Shown here in pieces: positions 27,001 through 36,104 of a stretch of 47,377 nucleotides of DNA. Under the pieces are notes generated by a model. That model ran no database searches. It was not told the DNA's origin and worked only from the letters and a program-made list of their open reading frames with translations. How positions within the stretch are numbered: position 1 is the first letter of the stretch; every line of letters begins with the position of its first letter. The stretch comes from a virus, in UHGV virus genome UHGV-0210496. One strand, given 5' to 3'. The translations under genes were made by a program, and so were the position numbers.

Positions 27001-28994
27001 TCATTCCATGCATTACGAAAAGCAATAGCAATTTCATGCAGCAATTCAAGGATTCGATTCCACATATCAAAGAACGATTGAATCAGTCTTGTTCCTCGTC
27101 CATCATCTTCCCATGCACGTTTGAAAGCACCAGCGATATCACCAATTATGTCAAGTACGTCTGCTAATAAAATCAGGATATTCTCAATGAATAATTGACC
27201 CGTTCCGTTTGTCCAAACTTCCATAAATGACTTACCTATAGCAGAAACCAAACCTATTACTTCACCTAATGCATACTTCCAAGCATCGATCACTCGTTGA
27301 CCTTGATTTTTCCATGCATCCTGAAATGGTTTGAAGAAATCCTTCAACAAGTTTTGGATGTCTCTCATCCATTTAGGTGTTGAATAAGTGCCTGTCGCTG
27401 AACCAAAATCAATGCCAGGAGTTGTAGAATCTTCTTTCTTTTCATCATCCGTATCCATTGTCAGCTTGTTGATTTGGTCAAATCCCATGAGAGATTTTTG
27501 TAGTTTCTTCACTTTCTCATTGGCTTTATTTGCAGAAGACCCAGTATCGTTTAGCGCTTGGATATTGTCATACAACCCACTAGCGCCTTGTTTTGCCGCA
27601 TCATAGGTTGTCCCAAATAGCATCGCAATAAATGAAGCAAGCTGGCCTGTTAGTTGAGCTACTGTACTCATTAACGCATTCAATGCGGGTAAGATTGCCG
27701 TATATATTGGGTAGAATGCCGTCATAAGATTGACTTTAATCTGATTCAACGAAGCGCTGAATTGATCGTTCGTTTTTAACGCCGACATCATACCGCTAGC
27801 TAATTTGGTAATTGCGCCACCTAACAGCTGATAAACGACTAATGAAGGTAACAGATATTTCATCGACTGGCCAAAAGCATTCGTGCTTCCTGTCATTCGA
27901 TTTGTTCCAGCTGTAACTTTGTTGGAATTACTAGAAAATAGACTTCCGAACTTTCCAATAAATCCAATAGAGTTCCTTAAGCCATTTCCGACGCTCCCGA
28001 ATCCGTGTGAAACAGCATTGGACATGCGGTTGAATACACCGCCGTATTTAGAAACAGCTCGCTCAGATTGCTTCAGTCCTGTACCTGTCATACTAGCACC
28101 GCTAGAAGCATTGCCTGTTTGAATGGATGATTGTCCCAAAGCAGAGTTAACTCGTTGCAGAGCCTTTCTCAACGCATCTGCTCTGTCTTCTGTTTGTGCG
28201 TATTCCTTTTGCAAACGATCATTGTCACTTATAAGCTTATTCATCTTGATTGATTGTTTTTGAATCTCTCCGGACGTTTTCAGTGATTGAGGAGTATCTT
28301 CATAATTCTTGAATCCAGATGTAAAGCTGCCAGTTGGCACACGTTGGTCGTTGTACTCCGCCTTCAACGTCCGAATTCGTTTTCGCATCGCCTCAATTTG
28401 GGCTTCGTTTTGACTCATGCCTTTTGTAATGTTGTCCAGTGAAGAAGGAACTGCATCAAGTTCCCGTTTGATGGTATTACCCAATCCCGCTGCTTGATCT
28501 CTAAATTTTGTCATCTGAGCTTGCGCTCGAGCGATTTGTTCATCGTATTTAACGACTTTCCCTGTATCCCCTTGGCTAGATGCCGTTTGTCTTTGCGATT
28601 TTAGATAAGCAACCTTTTCTTGCGCTGCTTTCGCTTGTCCCATCTTGGCGTTGATCTCATTCACCATCGCATCGATTTCCTTGGTCACTTTCGGACGAGC
28701 TTTACGTACACCTGTTGCAAAGTTATCACCAGCCGCTTCAGACGATTGCTTTGTCGATCGTTCAAAGTTTGCTAACGTCTTTTCTAGTGCTTGATTCATT
28801 TTTTCTAGTTGTTTCGTGAAATTGCTAGCGCCTTTTTCAATATCCATATTTTTCTCTGTGCGATCCATTGAGTTACCGGACATTTGTTGGATTCTACTCA
28901 TTGCACCCTCAATTTTTGGCAATACACTTTCTAGGGATTGCTCAACTCGAGCAGTATTGATATCTAATAAGACTTCAAGTGTTTCTAATTCCAT
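24099..28994 (-). CDS. Tail tape measure protein (1631 aa) with C-terminal lytic transglycosylase and peptidase-like domains
   Basis: Long helical protein with W-x-(N/D)-x-(V/A)-K tandem repeats (DTWGNVQKWTSDTWNNAKK...RWSDIKKNTKETWDTF...). SLT-like motif ...GTPSKGLMQVIDPTFRAYA... Metallopeptidase-like ...RITSGFRPGDPHSHGKHQAIDVA... Confidence 0.9.
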   Translation of the reverse strand: MELETLEVLLDINTARVEQSLESVLPKIEGAMSRIQQMSGNSMDRTEKNMDIEKGASNFTKQLEKMNQALEKTLANFERSTKQSSEAAGDNFATGVRKARPKVTKEIDAMVNEINAKMGQAKAAQEKVAYLKSQRQTASSQGDTGKVVKYDEQIARAQAQMTKFRDQAAGLGNTIKRELDAVPSSLDNITKGMSQNEAQIEAMRKRIRTLKAEYNDQRVPTGSFTSGFKNYEDTPQSLKTSGEIQKQSIKMNKLISDNDRLQKEYAQTEDRADALRKALQRVNSALGQSSIQTGNASSGASMTGTGLKQSERAVSKYGGVFNRMSNAVSHGFGSVGNGLRNSIGFIGKFGSLFSSNSNKVTAGTNRMTGSTNAFGQSMKYLLPSLVVYQLLGGAITKLASGMMSALKTNDQFSASLNQIKVNLMTAFYPIYTAILPALNALMSTVAQLTGQLASFIAMLFGTTYDAAKQGASGLYDNIQALNDTGSSANKANEKVKKLQKSLMGFDQINKLTMDTDDEKKEDSTTPGIDFGSATGTYSTPKWMRDIQNLLKDFFKPFQDAWKNQGQRVIDAWKYALGEVIGLVSAIGKSFMEVWTNGTGQLFIENILILLADVLDIIGDIAGAFKRAWEDDGRGTRLIQSFFDMWNRILELLHEIAIAFRNAWNDGRGESIAANILEIYTNIFNTIGNIAEQLKKAWKEGKVGESIFGTILDAVDDLLGNINSMTKATEEWAKNLDFTPLLKAIDGLFKSIRPILKNVGDGLEWLYKNVLLPLASFFIEDYVPKYFDMFSAALEVLNQVIEMFKPIFKWFWDVVIVPLSQVAKFLILTQLDALTKGLEFLAGVLEKVANAVKNPKKAIGELKDVIDEKFGSIMTFVSDTWGNVQKWTSDTWNNAKKTVTEKASDIWNSVSSRWSDIKKNTKETWDTFTTDVSNKARTAKDNASNRLQELRNNVSDRWNNVKSNTVERWNEIRDKVSTSAESAREKASTAISNLKTSMGGSFDTMKTNASEAFEKITGWATGLGEKIGKGLGDGAKKVKEGAGKIFNGMVGVIGKGVNGVISGINWVLSKVGAGDSALKKWTIPTYAKGTGYHPGGPALVNDGLGSNYQEAYRTPDGRTGIFPAQRNLMVNLPKGTSVLSGPKTAAMYGVPAYANGVGEWLKEKWDGAKEIASDIWSYASNPKKLLNAAISKFVNLKGAVEPALSMAKGSVGTIAEGSYEWFKSKFDAGYEAQNSSFDGSTGNWGVYKYLYDIARKTVDRYPGMRITSGFRPGDPHSHGKHQAIDVAYPASMNGSSKYFAPANWVFDNFASKVAYVITQGKVRDRKGMSGTGSSGSWVRWPQNDHYDHLHINGSLGASDIDKNASFGASGGAAVAGQYGSSVERWRSTVNSALNKLGIYSLVNANRTLYQMKTESNGNPNAINNWDINAKNGTPSKGLMQVIDPTFRAYARSPYNKNIWDPMSNILASMRYALSRYGSLAAAYRGVGYENGGLVSQDGLYRMGEGNKKEMVIPLEKPQRAAELIQQAVEYLGLDMFNSSIMLPEMFQTPTFSPSNSTFSNNNQMNYEGGGMKDFTSSMVTTLMNAISAMGATPTQAPNGDIIINIGGKEFGRIAVKEINKYHQQLGYTELNI

Positions 28995-29004
28995 GCTTTC
29001 TCAC

Positions 29005-29379
29005 CTACCTTTCTTCTGTGAGTTTTCTTCTTTCTCTTGTTGCTTTGATAGCCTGCGCTTGGGCCAAGAACATTTCTTGCTCACGCTGCATAGTTTCTTG
29101 CTTTGTTTCTTCCTCCGTCTTCGCTTCCTCAACGGCTTGTTCAATTTGTTTGAGAAATGGATAAGCATCTTCAAATTTTGGAAACTTCTTCGGATCATTA
29201 AATGCAAAAACGGCTAGCCTTTGCTGAGAATAGTCGAATAATGCTTTTTCTTTTAACTCATTCTCCTTGATTTTCTTGTTGGCTTGAACTTGTATCATGA
29301 TTTCTTCAAGCGTCATTCCCCAATATTCAGTGGCAGGGATTCCTGATTCGACAGCTTGCGGGTACATGAATTCAAGCAT
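29005..29379 (-). CDS. Tail assembly chaperone, -1 frame extension (gpT-like part of G/GT)
   Basis: This frame stays open upstream through the stop of ORF 29403..29810. It is in the -1 frame relative to that ORF, with an A6 run at the junction. Confidence 0.55.
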   Translation of the reverse strand: MLEFMYPQAVESGIPATEYWGMTLEEIMIQVQANKKIKENELKEKALFDYSQQRLAVFAFNDPKKFPKFEDAYPFLKQIEQAVEEAKTEEETKQETMQREQEMFLAQAQAIKATRERRKLTEER

Positions 29380-29402
29380 TTCGGATAGATTATCGAAGTT
29401 TT

Positions 29403-29810
29403 TTACAGAAGACTGTCTTCGCTGTTCGTTTGATCCAAAGATTCCCCATCTGTCGCTTCGTTCGCCGTTTCTTTCTTTCCGAAAAAACCAGCTTCATCCA
29501 AGAAGTCATTGATTTCGCCAAATAGATCCATCGTTGTTTTTCCTGATTCAATGTATTGCTCGAACGCATCAACGATTGCTTTATCTGTCACGCCGCTTGT
29601 TTTATTGGCGCCTTGTAAGATAATCAATAAACTGTTGGCTGGTGGTAATTTGATTTCGCCTTGTTTTTTAACAAACAGTCCCATAATCCCTTCATCTAAA
29701 CGCTTTTCGATTGCTAAAATCGATTTACCGTCTAAACGAAGTTGTAAATTTAGCTCTCCTAATTGAAATGATTTAGTGTTTGGCATTTGTACTACGTTGT
29801 TTTTTGACAT
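29403..29810 (-). CDS. Tail assembly chaperone (gpG-like)
   Basis: Position between the major tail protein and the tape measure, with the right size. Confidence 0.65.
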   Translation of the reverse strand: MSKNNVVQMPNTKSFQLGELNLQLRLDGKSILAIEKRLDEGIMGLFVKKQGEIKLPPANSLLIILQGANKTSGVTDKAIVDAFEQYIESGKTTMDLFGEINDFLDEAGFFGKKETANEATDGESLDQTNSEDSLL

Positions 29811-29905
29811 GTATGTTTCCTCCTAATTTATAAAAATAGAGACTAAGGATTATCCCTCAGTCTCTGATTCGTCTGCATTGTCCCCTGTGGTATCTTCAGG
29901 GGTTG

Positions 29906-30325
29906 TTACTCCCCCGGCGCTGGTGCCGGAGTGACATCTGGACCGTCACTTACAACGATACCTAAGTTAAACCCAATCGCTTGGTTAACTTCAGCTCCAT
30001 CAAATTTGTAGTAAGGCTCGCCAGTGAATTCAGCTTTCAATCCGTCTGGATATGTGATCGTCCAAGCCACAGATTTGCCAGTTTCAACCAATGCATGGAC
30101 ATCTCGGAAGTTGTCCCCTTGATAAACGATCGCAAATTCAAAGTTATCTACATCTTCGATACCTTTGATATAAGCTTTCTTTTCTGATCCCAAGTGTGTA
30201 ACATCAACTTTTTCTGGGTCACTGCCCAATGCCGGGATAGATTTAACTGCTGCTACAGTTTTAGTTGTTGCACCATCTTTGTAGGTTAAGACGGTACCTT
30301 TTGATAATAGTCCTGCAAAATCCAT
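29906..30325 (-). CDS. Major tail protein
   Basis: 139 aa, beta-rich, at the canonical position. Confidence 0.65.
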   Translation of the reverse strand: MDFAGLLSKGTVLTYKDGATTKTVAAVKSIPALGSDPEKVDVTHLGSEKKAYIKGIEDVDNFEFAIVYQGDNFRDVHALVETGKSVAWTITYPDGLKAEFTGEPYYKFDGAEVNQAIGFNLGIVVSDGPDVTPAPAPGE

Positions 30326-30337
30326 GTGTAATTCCTC

Positions 30338-30703
30338 CTATTTTTTGTAAACATATTTCGTAACATTATCAACTACAGCTGTTACTTCAACGATGATTCG
30401 CTTTAGATCAGCCGTGTTAGCATCTTTAGCGGTACCAGAAAAACCAATACTACCGAATGTGCTTAAAACACTTTCAGCAATACTGGTCTGGCTTTTGTCT
30501 CCGTATAATTCAACTGTGATTGTCCAATCTGTTTGTAACTCATTACCCAACGAATCAATCTGATGTGGTTTATTGGCTGTCCTATAAATAGCCAATGGGA
30601 ATGTATTCCAAGTTGAAGAATAGTCCGTGACAATCTTTTTAATGTCAGTGACGGCTTGTAATACTTCAACAGTGACTGTCTTCATATTCACTCGTTCCAT
30701 CAC
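30338..30703 (-). CDS. Tail completion / tail terminator-like protein
   Basis: Position and size (121 aa). Confidence 0.55.
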   Translation of the reverse strand: MMERVNMKTVTVEVLQAVTDIKKIVTDYSSTWNTFPLAIYRTANKPHQIDSLGNELQTDWTITVELYGDKSQTSIAESVLSTFGSIGFSGTAKDANTADLKRIIVEVTAVVDNVTKYVYKK

Positions 30704-31251
30704 TTCAACTCCCTTAACTTCCGTTGTACATGCTCTTTGTAGATTTCTGGTGCTTCACCGATCAAATCTACTAAAGAAGGATACAAGAACGGTCGTGCTG
30801 GCTGTCCTTTGGTAATGTAGAAGTCTGTACCTTGAACAGTCACACGAGGAATACCGTATGTAGCTTCCAAATCCACAGCAACATCTTTTGCTGGGATAAA
30901 CCATGCTGTTTGCGAGTAAACTGGTGTAAATCCTTCTGGTAAGTCTTTTTGACTAGCTTCACCGACAGGACCAGTACCAACTTCACGAAATAGCGCTTCT
31001 TGCTTGTCGGACCAGACACGCCCAACAATTTGATTTTGTGCGTTGATCACGACTTCGTTCTTCAAACTACCCAATAATTCTCCACTTGAATATTTCATGC
31101 TAGATGATAACCGCAATTCGGCAGCTTGTTTGATCAACTCGGTGATTTCAAAAGTCGCATCCCACATCGCATCATCTAAAATTTGAGGCAGTGCTTTGGT
31201 TTTTCGACGTAAGCTTTCCAGCCCTTTGATTTCAACTCCCACGATTATCAT
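30700..31251 (-). CDS. HK97 gp10-like head-tail joining protein
   Basis: Position and size (183 aa). Confidence 0.55.
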   Translation of the reverse strand: MIIVGVEIKGLESLRRKTKALPQILDDAMWDATFEITELIKQAAELRLSSSMKYSSGELLGSLKNEVVINAQNQIVGRVWSDKQEALFREVGTGPVGEASQKDLPEGFTPVYSQTAWFIPAKDVAVDLEATYGIPRVTVQGTDFYITKGQPARPFLYPSLVDLIGEAPEIYKEHVQRKLRELK

Positions 31252-31582
31252 TCCTTTCTAGCATAATGTTCTTGTGTGTCGAAAATGTCTGGATAGATTT
31301 GATTGTGAAGTCTGGTTCCTCGTCTTTGCCAACATATACACAAACACCATCTAGTTCGTTTTGCGCCTCGTTAATCGTATCGCCTTGATATTTGCAAGCT
31401 TTCATTGTTTCAAGCTTGCTACCGTAGATCTGAGCGTTTACCGTACCGCTTGCAGCTTGTACATTCATGCTCAACTCAATCGGATCAAACGGGTATGTGA
31501 TTATTTCTTCTGCTTCTTCGTCATGAGTGACTTTTCGTTTTTTTAGGTAGACAATTTGTAAATCGCGTTCCCTAAGCCTCAT
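31232..31582 (-). CDS. Head closure protein
   Basis: Position and size (116 aa). Confidence 0.5.
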   Translation of the reverse strand: MRLRERDLQIVYLKKRKVTHDEEAEEIITYPFDPIELSMNVQAASGTVNAQIYGSKLETMKACKYQGDTINEAQNELDGVCVYVGKDEEPDFTIKSIQTFSTHKNIMLERNDNRGS

Positions 31583-31914
31583 CTGAACGACCTCACTTTT
31601 GCCACTCTGTAGCGATTGAGTTTTGATTGGATTTTTGCAGGAATACCAATTTCAAACGATTGAGATACGCCACCCTCAGCACGAGCGGTTTCTCCTTCGT
31701 TTCCTTCAGTATTTCTGCGGAAGATATACAAATCTTTAACAGAAGATGACATATTGCCCACAAGTACATCACGATTGCAATAATCCAAGGCATCATACAT
31801 TGCATCTTTGATATCATCTTTCAAAACTTCGACGGACGTTGGATTCGTGATAGAAAACTTACGCCCTAGTTCGACAGCAAGCGTATCTAGGGCGATTTGA
31901 TTTTGTTCCTTCAT
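31579..31914 (-). CDS. Head-tail connector (gp6-like)
   Basis: Position and size (111 aa). Confidence 0.55.
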   Translation of the reverse strand: MKEQNQIALDTLAVELGRKFSITNPTSVEVLKDDIKDAMYDALDYCNRDVLVGNMSSSVKDLYIFRRNTEGNEGETARAEGGVSQSFEIGIPAKIQSKLNRYRVAKVRSFR

Positions 31915-31927
31915 AAGCTATCACTCC

Positions 31928-32188
31928 TTACAAAGTTACTTGATTGTCATTCATCAACTGAATCAATGCATCACGATCAGCCTCTTCAGGAATTTCAACC
32001 TTTGCAGCTTCAAGCGCCTTACGTAAAGTTGCTTCTTTAACACCTTTGAACGGCACATTTTCGATTTCTTCGATTTTATCAAACAAATCATCATTCATAT
32101 GATCGCCTTCGATGATTAATTCTTCACCTGAACCATAACGTTTCCCCGCATAGAATACGGGGATATCTTTTACTTTGACTTTAAACAT
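31928..32188 (-). CDS. Hypothetical head protein (86 aa)
   Basis: Track ORF downstream of the capsid gene. Confidence 0.45.
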   Translation of the reverse strand: MFKVKVKDIPVFYAGKRYGSGEELIIEGDHMNDDLFDKIEEIENVPFKGVKEATLRKALEAAKVEIPEEADRDALIQLMNDNQVTL

Positions 32189-32199
32189 GGTTTTTCCTC

Positions 32200-33222
32200 C
32201 TATGCGATTGGTTGTGCTTGGAACACTTCATCAGCAGCTGCAAATGAAGGCAATGCAGTTGCGACAGCTTTCGTCCAAGTTCCGACAGGATCACGCGTTT
32301 CATCGTAAACAGATGCCAATACATTGCTGACAAGCGTAGTATCAACCGCTGGATCCCGAGTCAAACGAGTTTCTTCTGCAGTAGGACCATATAGCGTTTC
32401 ACCCAACAAATCATCATTGAACATTGCGAATTTGTTTTCAGGGAAATATTTCTTTGTTGTATACGTTCCGTCAGCTTGCTGTACTTTATATTTCTCGTCA
32501 TAAGTACGAATTACTGGATAGCTATGAGTTTCCATGAATGCATCCAAGTCAGCTTGTGAAACTACACGCCCAGAATCTTTACCGAAGATTGCAGCAATGA
32601 TTTTAGGATGGGTAGCAAGCGCACGATAGATTTTCCGAGAAGTGAGCGCACGAGTTGGCTTAGTATCCAATGCATCAATCCAGCGTTCGATATCAGCTAA
32701 TGGATCAGAATTTTCGTTCGTCCAAACGTTCGTACCAGTCAAGGCTTCTTTGTGTTCAGTAGGAACATGGTAATCAAGCGTGAAGTTCAATCCATTTTCT
32801 TTAACCGTAACTTGACCAGAGGCTAATACTTCCATACGCATAGCTTCCACACGAGCACGTACACCTTGCACTAATGAATCGATATCATTGTAGACTTGAC
32901 CTACTAGATATGCTTGTTCTGCAGGCGTGCGTGGATTTTCCAATGCAATGATGTCTGTTTCTTTTAATTGCATTTTGCGTTTGATCAAGCTCAATTCCAA
33001 CTCTTGCTTGTTAGCAATACGGCTTCCGATTTCCGCCTCAGTATCGAAGTCGTGGATAGATGCTGCGATAGGGATACGACTACCACCGCTTAATTGATCC
33101 AATTTCAAAGAAGGTTGTTTGCGTTCAGGGAAAAGAGATTCACCTAGCAAAGGTTTATATTCGCGATCACGAACATAGTTTAAAACTTCATTTTGTGCAA
33201 ATAATTCCATAATTGTTGGCAT
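32200..33222 (-). CDS. Major capsid protein
   Basis: 340 aa at the canonical position after the scaffold. Confidence 0.8.
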   Translation of the reverse strand: MPTIMELFAQNEVLNYVRDREYKPLLGESLFPERKQPSLKLDQLSGGSRIPIAASIHDFDTEAEIGSRIANKQELELSLIKRKMQLKETDIIALENPRTPAEQAYLVGQVYNDIDSLVQGVRARVEAMRMEVLASGQVTVKENGLNFTLDYHVPTEHKEALTGTNVWTNENSDPLADIERWIDALDTKPTRALTSRKIYRALATHPKIIAAIFGKDSGRVVSQADLDAFMETHSYPVIRTYDEKYKVQQADGTYTTKKYFPENKFAMFNDDLLGETLYGPTAEETRLTRDPAVDTTLVSNVLASVYDETRDPVGTWTKAVATALPSFAAADEVFQAQPIA

Positions 33223-33244
33223 GTTTGTTTCCTCCTAATTTCTT

Positions 33245-33571
33245 TTATTCTCCGCCGCCAGTGGCTACTTTTGGTTTTTTGTTAGCATCGAAGAAAGTGA
33301 TATTCTTTAATGCAGTGATTGCAGCATCCGTTGGGGCTTCTGGCAAACGGTCAGCTAGCACATAGCCGCCTACAAGAATCGCTACTGGTTGCGAGCCTGT
33401 ATCATCATCCACAGTTACTGAATTAAATACAATACCTAAAGCTGTACTATCGTTAGCTGGATAGATTTCACCAGCTTCGAAAGATTTATCAGCTTGATAG
33501 GTAAAGTTTTGGAACGTTGCGCTAGCTAAGAAGTTTAACTGCTCAGCTGTCTTGATTGGTTTTACATACAT
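33245..33571 (-). CDS. Small head protein (108 aa; possible decoration protein)
   Basis: Lies between the scaffold and the major capsid gene. Confidence 0.45.
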   Translation of the reverse strand: MYVKPIKTAEQLNFLASATFQNFTYQADKSFEAGEIYPANDSTALGIVFNSVTVDDDTGSQPVAILVGGYVLADRLPEAPTDAAITALKNITFFDANKKPKVATGGGE

Positions 33572-33590
33572 TTGTGTTTCCTCCTATTTT

Positions 33591-34268
33591 TTATTTCCAA
33601 AAGGTATCATTGTCTGCTTTTGTACGACTGTTTGCATTTTTAGCAAATTGGCTACCAATAGACTCATCTGCAGAACCGCCACTGTTTCCAGCGGGATTTC
33701 CAGCAGATGCTGCTAACCGTTTATTCACGGCAGTTTCAACAGAAGAACGGAAAGATTTTTCTATGGCTTCGATGGATTTGCTACACGCTTCTGCATCTGT
33801 CAACACAACAACATCAATTAGTTCTTTAGGTAGCTCTTTTTCAGCTAATTGTTCCAACGATTGCGCACGTAGCTCACGTCTAGTAATATCTGCTTCACGT
33901 TGTGCCAATGCTTCATCCTGTTGTTGCTTTTCCAATGCTAACCGTTGTTCTTCGTTCATCTTGGCAAGCTTTTCACCTTCGCTTTTAGCTTCAGCAATAC
34001 GCTTTTCTGATTCTGTCTGCCATTTAGATTGTGCAGTTTCAATGGCTTTAGAGATACGCTTATCAACTACAGAATCAAATTCCGATTGGTTAGCAAAAGA
34101 AATTGGTTTATCTTCTCCACCGGTTGAACCATCACCAGTTCCAGAACCATCGCCGCCTCCATCGCTACCATCACCAGCTCCATCTGCAAAATACTGCAAT
34201 TTCATTTTCATCAAAGGTTCACGAGTGAGACTTGTTACAAAGCTATTCATCATTTTTTTATTTTTCAT
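33591..34268 (-). CDS. Scaffolding protein
   Basis: Start is the ATG at 34268 with GGAGGAAG upstream; the track ORF starts earlier. Gly/Asp-rich N-terminus, then a coiled coil (...EKRIAEAKSEGEKLAKMNEEQRLALEKQQQDEALAQREADITRRELRAQSLEQLAEKE...). Confidence 0.7.
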   Translation of the reverse strand: MKNKKMMNSFVTSLTREPLMKMKLQYFADGAGDGSDGGGDGSGTGDGSTGGEDKPISFANQSEFDSVVDKRISKAIETAQSKWQTESEKRIAEAKSEGEKLAKMNEEQRLALEKQQQDEALAQREADITRRELRAQSLEQLAEKELPKELIDVVVLTDAEACSKSIEAIEKSFRSSVETAVNKRLAASAGNPAGNSGGSADESIGSQFAKNANSRTKADNDTFWK

Positions 34269-34415
34269 TTTCTTCCTCCGTCCCATACACCTCAAAAAGA
34301 GTATAAAAATAGTGCCCCATGCACGCTTTCGCCCACACACGACACTTACCATTTTTATCATTTTTGACACGCACACGATTTGATGTACTCACTTAATTTA
34401 TAAAGCCCCAAGTAG

Positions 34416-35486
34416 TCAATGGGCTATAGAGTGATTTTTGAAAAGTTTGTCAAAGTTACTTGTTTTTCGACCGTTTTCTGCAATGATTGTCTTTTCTAAT
34501 TTCAATCGCAAATCCCTTCTTAAATCGTTTTCCCCACCGCTTTTTGTAAATGGTTTAAGTTCATCAATGCCCACCTTTTTTATCGGCATGTCAAAGTGTT
34601 GATTCACTCTAAAATCTCTTTCATTTCCAAAAAAGTTGGACCCCACAAGTTCTATTCCTAAACCCACGCCTCGTTCGATGAACAAAGCGTTGATTAAAAT
34701 AACCATGAACTCTTCTGAAGATATTTGAGCGCGCAAAATACCGATGTAGTTGTAATAATCATCAGATTCTAATGTATTATTATCCAACCTTTTGTTCAAG
34801 CTTTTCAAAATCCTATGCAAAATTTTGAAATACGGACCTAAACTACTGTAAACACTTTTGTACTGTTCGTTGATTATTTTCAAAGACGTATCTTCTTTTG
34901 TAACCTTATTTCCTAAACTGGGTTCATATGGTTTTTCTTCTTCAAATTTTGGGCCTTCGCTTCTCATGGTTCTTATTATGCTATTTCCTAAAACTGGGAT
35001 TGGAATATAACCGTAGTCATTTATAAAATCATTTCCCGAATCATTGTATATAGCATTTGAATAAAGCTTTTCAAATATTTTTTCTTTTTTAACCACGGAT
35101 TGCTGTTTACTGAATAATTCTAGCAGATTATAGAACTCTCTATTCGCATCATCGATATTCTTCCTATCTATACCGGCTTTTTTATCGGCTTCGTATTTCT
35201 CTCTGTTCTCTTGTTGTATTTCGAGTGTATTTTTAAAAACGCGATAGGTTAGAATCGGACCTATCAAAGACAAGTAAATTTTCAACAGTTCACTTCTACT
35301 TAAATTAATTTTCATACTATCAACTTTAGTATGAAGAACTACAGAATAATAGATATCACCAATATACGGCAAAATGACAATTGTTACTAGAGCAACTCCA
35401 ATGACCACTAATAATTTCCAGTTTTTTGAAAAAATTTGTAAAATAATACTCTTAGTTTCTTTTTCTTCTTTACTCACATTTATCAC
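34416..35486 (-). CDS. AT-rich moron: 356-aa protein with N-terminal TM helix (candidate abortive-infection protein)
   Basis: N-terminal ...WKLLVVIGVALVTIVILPYIG... Helical, low-GC. Inserted between MuF and the scaffold. Confidence 0.6.
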   Translation of the reverse strand: MINVSKEEKETKSIILQIFSKNWKLLVVIGVALVTIVILPYIGDIYYSVVLHTKVDSMKINLSRSELLKIYLSLIGPILTYRVFKNTLEIQQENREKYEADKKAGIDRKNIDDANREFYNLLELFSKQQSVVKKEKIFEKLYSNAIYNDSGNDFINDYGYIPIPVLGNSIIRTMRSEGPKFEEEKPYEPSLGNKVTKEDTSLKIINEQYKSVYSSLGPYFKILHRILKSLNKRLDNNTLESDDYYNYIGILRAQISSEEFMVILINALFIERGVGLGIELVGSNFFGNERDFRVNQHFDMPIKKVGIDELKPFTKSGGENDLRRDLRLKLEKTIIAENGRKTSNFDKLFKNHSIAH

Positions 35487-35545
35487 TCCTTTTACTAAAT
35501 AGTAGCAAAGGAGTGGACAAAAAAATATATATAATTTAAAACTTT

Positions 35546-35863
35546 CTAAGAGTTAATACATTTGTTTTCAAACTTCTTGTAAGCATCGAAATAAAATTCT
35601 TTCTTGTCACCGTTATAAGTAACCTCATAGTACATGCCGTCAAAAAGAGTGGTACTTAACAAAGCTTTGTTGTTTTGCAAGACCTTAACATTCCAAGCGA
35701 CAAATACATCAAATTCCGGAACGTTATCACTTTTATCTAAGTGTTCTAATGCATAATCCTTAACTAGTTCCCGGCATTTCGCAATAAATAATTTTTCATC
35801 CATGATTATTCCTCTTTTCTTATGTTTTACTATTTCACGCATAGCTGCGAGATATTGGATCAC
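35546..35863 (-). CDS. Hypothetical small protein (possible immunity-type protein)
   Basis: Track ORF. The real start is probably the internal MDEKLF... Confidence 0.4.
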   Translation of the reverse strand: MIQYLAAMREIVKHKKRGIIMDEKLFIAKCRELVKDYALEHLDKSDNVPEFDVFVAWNVKVLQNNKALLSTTLFDGMYYEVTYNGDKKEFYFDAYKKFENKCINS

Positions 35864-35871
35864 GCGTCCTT

Positions 35872-36036
35872 TCAGCCACTATCTAACTTCTTAAACTGGT
35901 CGAATTCGACGGGTTTAGAATCAGGAGATTTCTTTTCTCTAATCGAATCCCAACCGATTTTCAGAATAGCAACTGTGATTACAAGAGACAGTGCAGCTAG
36001 AGGTACACCTACTAAAAACACCACAAAAGTCATTAA
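35872..36036 (-). CDS. Single-TM peptide of about 54 aa
   Basis: GAGGAGGTG RBS, then a TTG/ATG start. Sequence LMTFVVFLVGVPLAALSLVITVAILKIGWDSIREKK... Confidence 0.4.
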   Translation of the reverse strand, partial: LMTFVVFLVGVPLAALSLVITVAILKIGWDSIREKKSPDSKPVEFDQFKKLDSG

Positions 36037-36104
36037 CAATCTAATCACCTCCTCAAATTTTAGGTACAAAAATAGCACCTAATCAAATAAATGATTGGAT
36101 GCTA

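Noticed and set aside
29001-29207. 68-aa Arg/Lys-rich ORF overlapping the tail chaperone
   Set aside because: It is an alternative frame of the chaperone/TMP junction and is extremely basic and low-complexity. Likely spurious.
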